Below are positions 7,696 through 10,834 of a stretch of DNA of 10,834 nucleotides, piece after piece. This stretch comes from an uncultured Acidobacteriota bacterium (GTDB lineage: Bacteria; Acidobacteriota; Thermoanaerobaculia; Gp7-AA8). A program made the position numbers and the translations under genes. The stretch covers positions 1-10,834 of the forward strand of contig CAVUKB010000016.1 of NCBI GenBank assembly GCA_963741955.1, given 5' to 3'. The notes beneath the pieces were generated by a model. The model saw only the letters and a list, made by a program, of their open reading frames with translations, was not told where the DNA came from and did no database searches. Numbering within the stretch: the first letter of the stretch is position 1; the number at the start of each line of letters is the position of its first letter.

Positions 7696-7794
7696 GAAAG
7701 GCCGCAAAGCGGCCGACAGCCATGTAGCCCCCGGCTTCAGCCGGGGGTAAATGCGCCCACCCCATTCCACGAAAGCCCGCGAAGCGGGCGACAG
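7696..7794 (+). repeat. REP/IS200-IS605-end-like hairpin cluster
   Basis: GAAA-GGCCGC-AAA-GCGGCC-GACAG (7696-7719), GTAG-CCCCCGGC-TTCA-GCCGGGGG (7724-7747), GAAA-GCCCGC-GAA-GCGGGC-GACAG (7771-7794). Confidence 0.7.
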
Positions 7795-7896
7795 AACGGT
7801 GGTTGGGTCACGAATAGAGTGAGCGTCCATAGAGTCCGCCGAGGTCTGCACAATGTTCCGCTGACTCGCTATGATGCCACCTCGGAGGCCCTATTC

Positions 7897-9063
7897 ATGA
7901 GCGAGTATCAATACTACGAATTTCTGGCCATCGATCAGCGTCTCACTGACGATGAGATCGACGAGCTGCGGAGCTACTCGAGCCGCGCCACGATCACGCC
8001 TTCGAGCTTCGTCAACGAATACAACTGGGGAGATTTCAAAGGGGACGTCGACCAGTGGATGGAGGACTACTTCGACGCCTTCCTCTACTTCGCGAACTGG
8101 GGGACCCGCATCCTGAAACTGCGGATCCCGGCTATGGCGATCGACGAAGAGACGCTCGCCGAGTACGCGGTCTCGGAGTCGTTCTGGTTCGAGCGGCACG
8201 GAGAGAAGTTGGTCCTCAGTTTCGTCGCCGAGGAGGTGGACATGGATGAATGGCCGGAGGAGCAGGACGCGCTCGCATCCCTCTTCACGTTGCGTGAGGA
8301 TCTCGCCAGGGGAGACTTTCGAGCGCTCTATCTCGGATGGCTTCTCTCTCAGCAGGGGTGGGAAGGCGAGGATGAAGATCTCGAGCCGCCGGTCCCGCCC
8401 GGCCTCGGGGAGCTCAACGGGGCGCTCAGCCGGTTTATCGATTTTCTCGGGATCGATCTCGACCTCGTCGAGGCAGCTGCGGCTGCGAGTCCGCCGCGGC
8501 GTGCTGTCGAGCTGACTGACGACGCGATCCGCGAATGGGTATCGCGACTGCCGCCCATCGAGCGCGACGACTATCTCGCCAGACTCATCGTCGACGACGA
8601 GCCGATGCTCGCGGTGCAATTGCAGCGGCAAGTTGCCGGAGAGGGTGAGACTCCCGCCGCTGAGCGCCGTACAGCCCAGGAACTACGTACAGCAGCAAGG
8701 ACGGCAGCGACCGAGCGCGAGCGAGCGATCGCCGAGCGCAGGGCAAGGCAAAGAGAGGAGGCGGCGCGGAAAGCAGCCGAGGAACGCGTCAGATATCTGG
8801 AGTCTCTCTCCGGACGCGAGCCCGAGCTGTGGGACACGATCGAGAATCTCATCGCGCTCACGCAGCCGAAGCATTACGACGAGGCGATCAGACTCCTTCT
8901 CGATCTTCGGGAACTGTCGATCAGCCGGGGTACTGAGAACCAATTCCTCGAGCTTCTGGACGATCTCCAGGTTCGACACTCGCGCAAGCCGTCGCTACTC
9001 CGCCGGCTGAACAAGGCTGGCCTCACGGCGCCATTCACCGGAACCCTCCGCCTCATTCATTGA
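7897..9063 (+). CDS. Conserved hypothetical protein of the MSEYQYYEF-start type (388 aa) with a C-terminal coiled coil
   Basis: GGAGG at 7884-7888 and TATGAT at 7870-7875 precede the ATG at 7897. MSEYQYYEFLAID...SSRATITPSSFVNEYNWGDFKGD...YFDAFLYFANWGTR is a recognisable uncharacterised family N-terminus. The ORF track's extra 157 codons cross repeats. Confidence 0.85.
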   Translation: MSEYQYYEFLAIDQRLTDDEIDELRSYSSRATITPSSFVNEYNWGDFKGDVDQWMEDYFDAFLYFANWGTRILKLRIPAMAIDEETLAEYAVSESFWFERHGEKLVLSFVAEEVDMDEWPEEQDALASLFTLREDLARGDFRALYLGWLLSQQGWEGEDEDLEPPVPPGLGELNGALSRFIDFLGIDLDLVEAAAAASPPRRAVELTDDAIREWVSRLPPIERDDYLARLIVDDEPMLAVQLQRQVAGEGETPAAERRTAQELRTAARTAATERERAIAERRARQREEAARKAAEERVRYLESLSGREPELWDTIENLIALTQPKHYDEAIRLLLDLRELSISRGTENQFLELLDDLQVRHSRKPSLLRRLNKAGLTAPFTGTLRLIH

Positions 9064-9087
9064 CTCTATAGATACAGCTCGCCAGGA

Positions 9088-9134
9088 TTGAAATCTCTCC
9101 GTTTTACGTTAGGCTCATCGATGAGAAAACGGGG
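9088..9134 (+). promoter_or_regulatory. Promoter/operator of the AbrB-like antitoxin operon
   Basis: TTGAAA (9088-9093) - 16 nt - TAGGCT (9110-9115). Perfect palindrome CTCATCGATGAG (9114-9125). Flanking inverted repeat CTCCGTTTT (9097-9105) / AAAACGGGG (9126-9134). Confidence 0.55.
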
Positions 9135-9140
9135 GACGTT

Positions 9141-9350
9141 ATGGCGAGGACGACGATCTCGAGCAAATATCAGGTTGTGATTCCGAAGGTGATTCGGGAG
9201 CGGCACGGGCTGAAGGCGGGTCAGCAGATGCAGGTCATCAGCAAGGGAAGTGTGATCGCACTGGTGCCGGACCGGCCGGTCAAAGCATACCGAGGCATCC
9301 TGGGCGACGTTCCGCGGGAAGGCTACCGTGAGAAAAAGGATCGGATTTGA
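9141..9350 (+). CDS. AbrB/MazE/SpoVT family antitoxin (VapB-like), 69 aa
   Basis: TTISSKYQVVIPKVIRERHGLKAGQQM is the swapped-hairpin signature. Its stop overlaps a TTG that starts a PIN-like stub. Confidence 0.92.
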   Translation: MARTTISSKYQVVIPKVIRERHGLKAGQQMQVISKGSVIALVPDRPVKAYRGILGDVPREGYREKKDRI

Positions 9351-9382
9351 TTGTCATCGATTCCTCGGGCTGGATCGAGTAC
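9347..9382 (+). pseudogene. vapC: Truncated VapC/PIN toxin (first 12 codons only)
   Basis: TTGA overlap with the antitoxin. MIVIDSSGWIEY is a typical PIN N-terminus. Homology stops at 9382 and the frame closes at TGA 9455-9457. Confidence 0.75.
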
Positions 9383-9460
9383 TCGAAGGACGCTCAAGTT
9401 CCGCAAATCGATCAGAACCTCATACTCCGCATACAGCGCGTGGAAGTGCGGAGGTGAGTG
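9382..9460 (-). pseudogene. Inverted internal fragment of a DUF4160 (DhiT-like) toxin gene
   Basis: Reverse complement encodes HSPPHFHALYAEYEVLIDLRNLSVLR and matches 9886-9964 at 71 of 79 nt. Confidence 0.9.
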
Positions 9461-9465
9461 GACTA

Positions 9466-9507
9466 TTACCTAATTCATTACCCTCTATCCGAGTTGTTAC
9501 CTAATTC
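9466..9507. repeat. AT-rich 11-bp direct repeat TTACCTAATTC x2, 31-bp period
   Basis: Exact copies at 9466-9476 and 9497-9507. Confidence 0.7.
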
Positions 9508-9528
9508 CGGTTCGCCGGCGCCAGCGGG

Positions 9529-9660
9529 GATCAGGCGCTCGATGCTGATGTAGCGGCCAACCTCCAGTCCCTCGTGGTAACACTGAAGCAGAAGGAGCAG
9601 CCGGGAGACCCGGCCGTTTCCATCACGAAAGGGATGAACGCAGAGAAAATCGAGATCAAA
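9529..9660 (-). pseudogene. Fic/Doc family protein fragment containing the catalytic motif
   Basis: Minus frame reads FDLDFLCVHPFRDGNGRVSRLLLLLQCYHEGLEVGRYISIERLI. HPFRDGNGR lies at 9636-9610. There is an in-frame TGA upstream (9669-9667) and no start codon before the motif. Confidence 0.9.
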
Positions 9661-9684
9661 GCCAGTTCATCATCGAGCTGGATG

Positions 9685-9717
9685 AGCGTAGCGCCGATGA
9701 TCAATCGGCCGGGTCGC
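9685..9717 (+). repeat. Hairpin repeat family B copy 2
   Basis: AGCGTAGCGCCGATgatcAATCGGCCGGGtCGC; differences from copy 1 are mostly in or next to the loop. Confidence 0.8.
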
Positions 9718-9737
9718 CGGTTTTCGGCATCAAGACC

Positions 9738-9783
9738 CCGCAGGGCGAATCGCCCTGCGCACCAGCGCGCACGTTGCGCGCAC
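9738..9783 (+). repeat. Hairpin repeat family C copy 1 (46-bp double hairpin)
   Basis: CGCAGGGCGA-A-TCGCCCTGCG then GCGCGCA-CGT-TGCGCGC. Homologous to 10701-10746. Confidence 0.8.
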
Positions 9784-9833
9784 CCCTGCGTCGAGATGAC
9801 AGATGTTCCCGTCCGAGGGAGAATGGCGGGTCG

Positions 9834-10092
9834 ATGCCGACGATCAGCTGTTCTATGGTGTAGTCATTCAGATGTACTGGCACGACACGCGCCTCCGCAC
9901 TTTCACGCGCTGTATGCGGAGTACGAGGTTCTGATTGATTTGCGGGACTTGAGTGTGCTTCGAGGTTCACTACCTCGCAGGGCGATGAATCTCGTTCTGG
10001 AGTGGGCGGAGAGTCATCGAGACGAGTTGATGGAGGACTGGGAGCGATGCAGCAATCTACAGACACCAAAGCCGATCCCGCCGCTGACGTAG
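9834..10092 (+). pseudogene. dhiT: DUF4160 (DhiT-like) toxin with two single-base deletions (near 9849 and 9886); repaired product about 86 aa
   Basis: Restoring one base at each site gives MPTISxFYGVVIQMYWH(D)HAPPHFHALYAEYEVLIDL...GSLPRRAMNLVLEWAESHRDELMEDW...PKPIPPLT. Could be real decay or sequencing indels. Confidence 0.8.
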
Positions 10093-10382
10093 TTCCGGAG
10101 ATCGCCCCCGTCGCTCCGTGGAGGATGAGTGATCTCGTCGTGATCGAGCATGGCCGGCTGCGGGTGACATTCAATGACGGCTCGAGTGGAGAAGTCGATG
10201 TTCGCTCGCTGCTCGAGAGTCTTCGCGTTGACGGAACGGTCTTCGAGGATCTGCGCGATCCGGAGGTCTTCTCAAAGGTGACGCTGTGTCTCGGCGCTCC
10301 CTGCTGGCCTAACGGCGCCGACCTGGCTCCCGATGCCATCCACGAGTCAATCCAGCACACCGGCGTCTGGACTGCCGACTGA
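10047..10382 (+). CDS. dhiA: DUF2442 (DhiA-like) antitoxin, about 111 aa
   Basis: LRVTFNDGSSGEVD...VFEDLRDPEVFSKV...WPNGADLAPDAI is the DUF2442 pattern. GGAGGA at 10032-10037; overlaps the end of the DUF4160 gene. Confidence 0.85.
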   Translation: MQQSTDTKADPAADVVPEIAPVAPWRMSDLVVIEHGRLRVTFNDGSSGEVDVRSLLESLRVDGTVFEDLRDPEVFSKVTLCLGAPCWPNGADLAPDAIHESIQHTGVWTAD

Positions 10383-10395
10383 GCCGCTCAGCCTC

Positions 10396-10446
10396 GTGTG
10401 GGTCGGGCCTCCGGCCTGATCTCCTCGGCCGTCCCGGCCGAGCGAG
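10396..10446 (+). repeat. Hairpin repeat family A copy 3
   Basis: 50/51 identical to copy 1. The C>T change at 10417 leaves a G-T/G-U pair in stem 1. Confidence 0.9.
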
Positions 10447-10451
10447 GAGTG

Positions 10452-10487
10452 CAGCGTAGCGCCGATTACCAATCGGCCGTGCCGCAC
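10452..10487 (+). repeat. Hairpin repeat family B copy 3, directly abutting family A
   Basis: 34/36 identical to 1274-1309. Confidence 0.85.
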
Positions 10488-10490
10488 TCC

Positions 10491-10583
10491 TGCGCCGGAG
10501 GCGCAGCGTCCATTAGCCGGCGGTAGCGCCGGAGGCGCAACCGCCGGTCCCCGCCGACCACAAATCCCGCGCCCCGAAGGGCC
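10491..10583 (+). repeat. Additional hairpin cluster (family D)
   Basis: GCGCCGGAGGCGCA occurs twice (10492-10505, 10526-10539), the second enclosed by CCGGCGGT/ACCGCCGG. CCCGCGCCCCGAAGGGCC (10566-10583) matches 17-34 at 17/18. Confidence 0.6.
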
Positions 10584-10700
10584 GCCGGAAACTCCACCAT
10601 CGAAAAAGATCTCGCCCCCGATGATAAGAAAACCCCTCCTCGCGCAACTCTATCCATAGACGATGCTCGACGACTCCGATCGCCACCCCGACCACCCGCA

Positions 10701-10746
10701 CCGCGGGGCGAGTCGCCCCGCGGACCAGCGCGCAGGGTGCACGCAC
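10701..10746 (+). repeat. Hairpin repeat family C copy 2
   Basis: CCGCGGGGCGA-G-TCGCCCCGCGG-ACCA-GCGCGCA-GGG-TGCACGC. Compensatory G-C pair where copy 1 has A-T. Confidence 0.8.
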
Positions 10747-10834
10747 TCCCATCTCCCCCAAATGGAGGAGATCCATTTTTCACTCATCATGGTAAGGTTC
10801 AGCCCCGAATGATGCCGCGCGTCCAACGCCATCA

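Noticed and set aside
7426-7896. N-terminal 157-codon extension of the 545-aa ORF
   Set aside because: It translates tandem repeats and hairpins; the RBS and family-typical start are at 7897.
2102-8979. Numerous overlapping or antisense ORFs (e.g. 2582-3310, 4251-4976, 6583-7422, 7891-8631)
   Set aside because: Shadow frames of real high-GC genes, rich in R/P/S/A, with no motifs or start signals.
9574-9885. 172-aa ORF 9574-10092 as a real extended protein
   Set aside because: Only the part from about 9886 is DUF4160-like. The upstream part is antisense Fic remnant plus hairpin repeats; the true N-terminus is in other frames from 9834.
1000-10487. Repeat families A/B as a CRISPR array
   Set aside because: Copies are hundreds to thousands of bases apart with whole genes between them; no regular spacers and no cas genes.
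1000-10746. Repeats as integron attC sites
   Set aside because: No RYYYAAC...GTTRRRY core boxes bound the hairpins, genes lie on both strands, and no integrase is present.
10466-10834. Minus-strand ORFs at the right edge and hairpin 10751-10772 as a terminator
   Set aside because: The ORFs run through hairpin repeats and show no recognisable family. A gene end or fragment may be present but cannot be supported from this window.
1-10834. tRNA, rRNA or transposase/integrase genes
   Set aside because: No cloverleaf, rRNA signature, DDE, HUH or tyrosine-recombinase motifs seen.

Overview
High-GC bacterial accessory region that reads as a toxin-antitoxin/defence island interleaved with several families of small hairpin repeats. 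It holds two intact type II TA operons (HigBA 390-995; Phd/YefM-VapC 2080-1458) and two decayed ones (AbrB-like antitoxin with a 12-codon VapC stub; DUF4160/DUF2442 DhiT-DhiA-like pair with a doubly frameshifted toxin). There is also a Fic catalytic-core fragment missed by the ORF track, a probable SWIM-protein N-terminal remnant, and two large hypothetical genes. The centrepiece is a translationally coupled three-gene minus-strand operon (7371-4020): a GHKL/MORC-like ATPase plus two proteins I cannot assign, the best candidate for an undescribed defence system. Intergenic DNA is built from co-oriented REP-like hairpin modules (some with compensatory base changes), a 180-bp MITE-like element with 19-bp terminal inverted repeats, and short tandem repeats. 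No transposase, integrase, CRISPR array or RNA gene is visible. All family assignments come from motif recognition by eye, not database searches.
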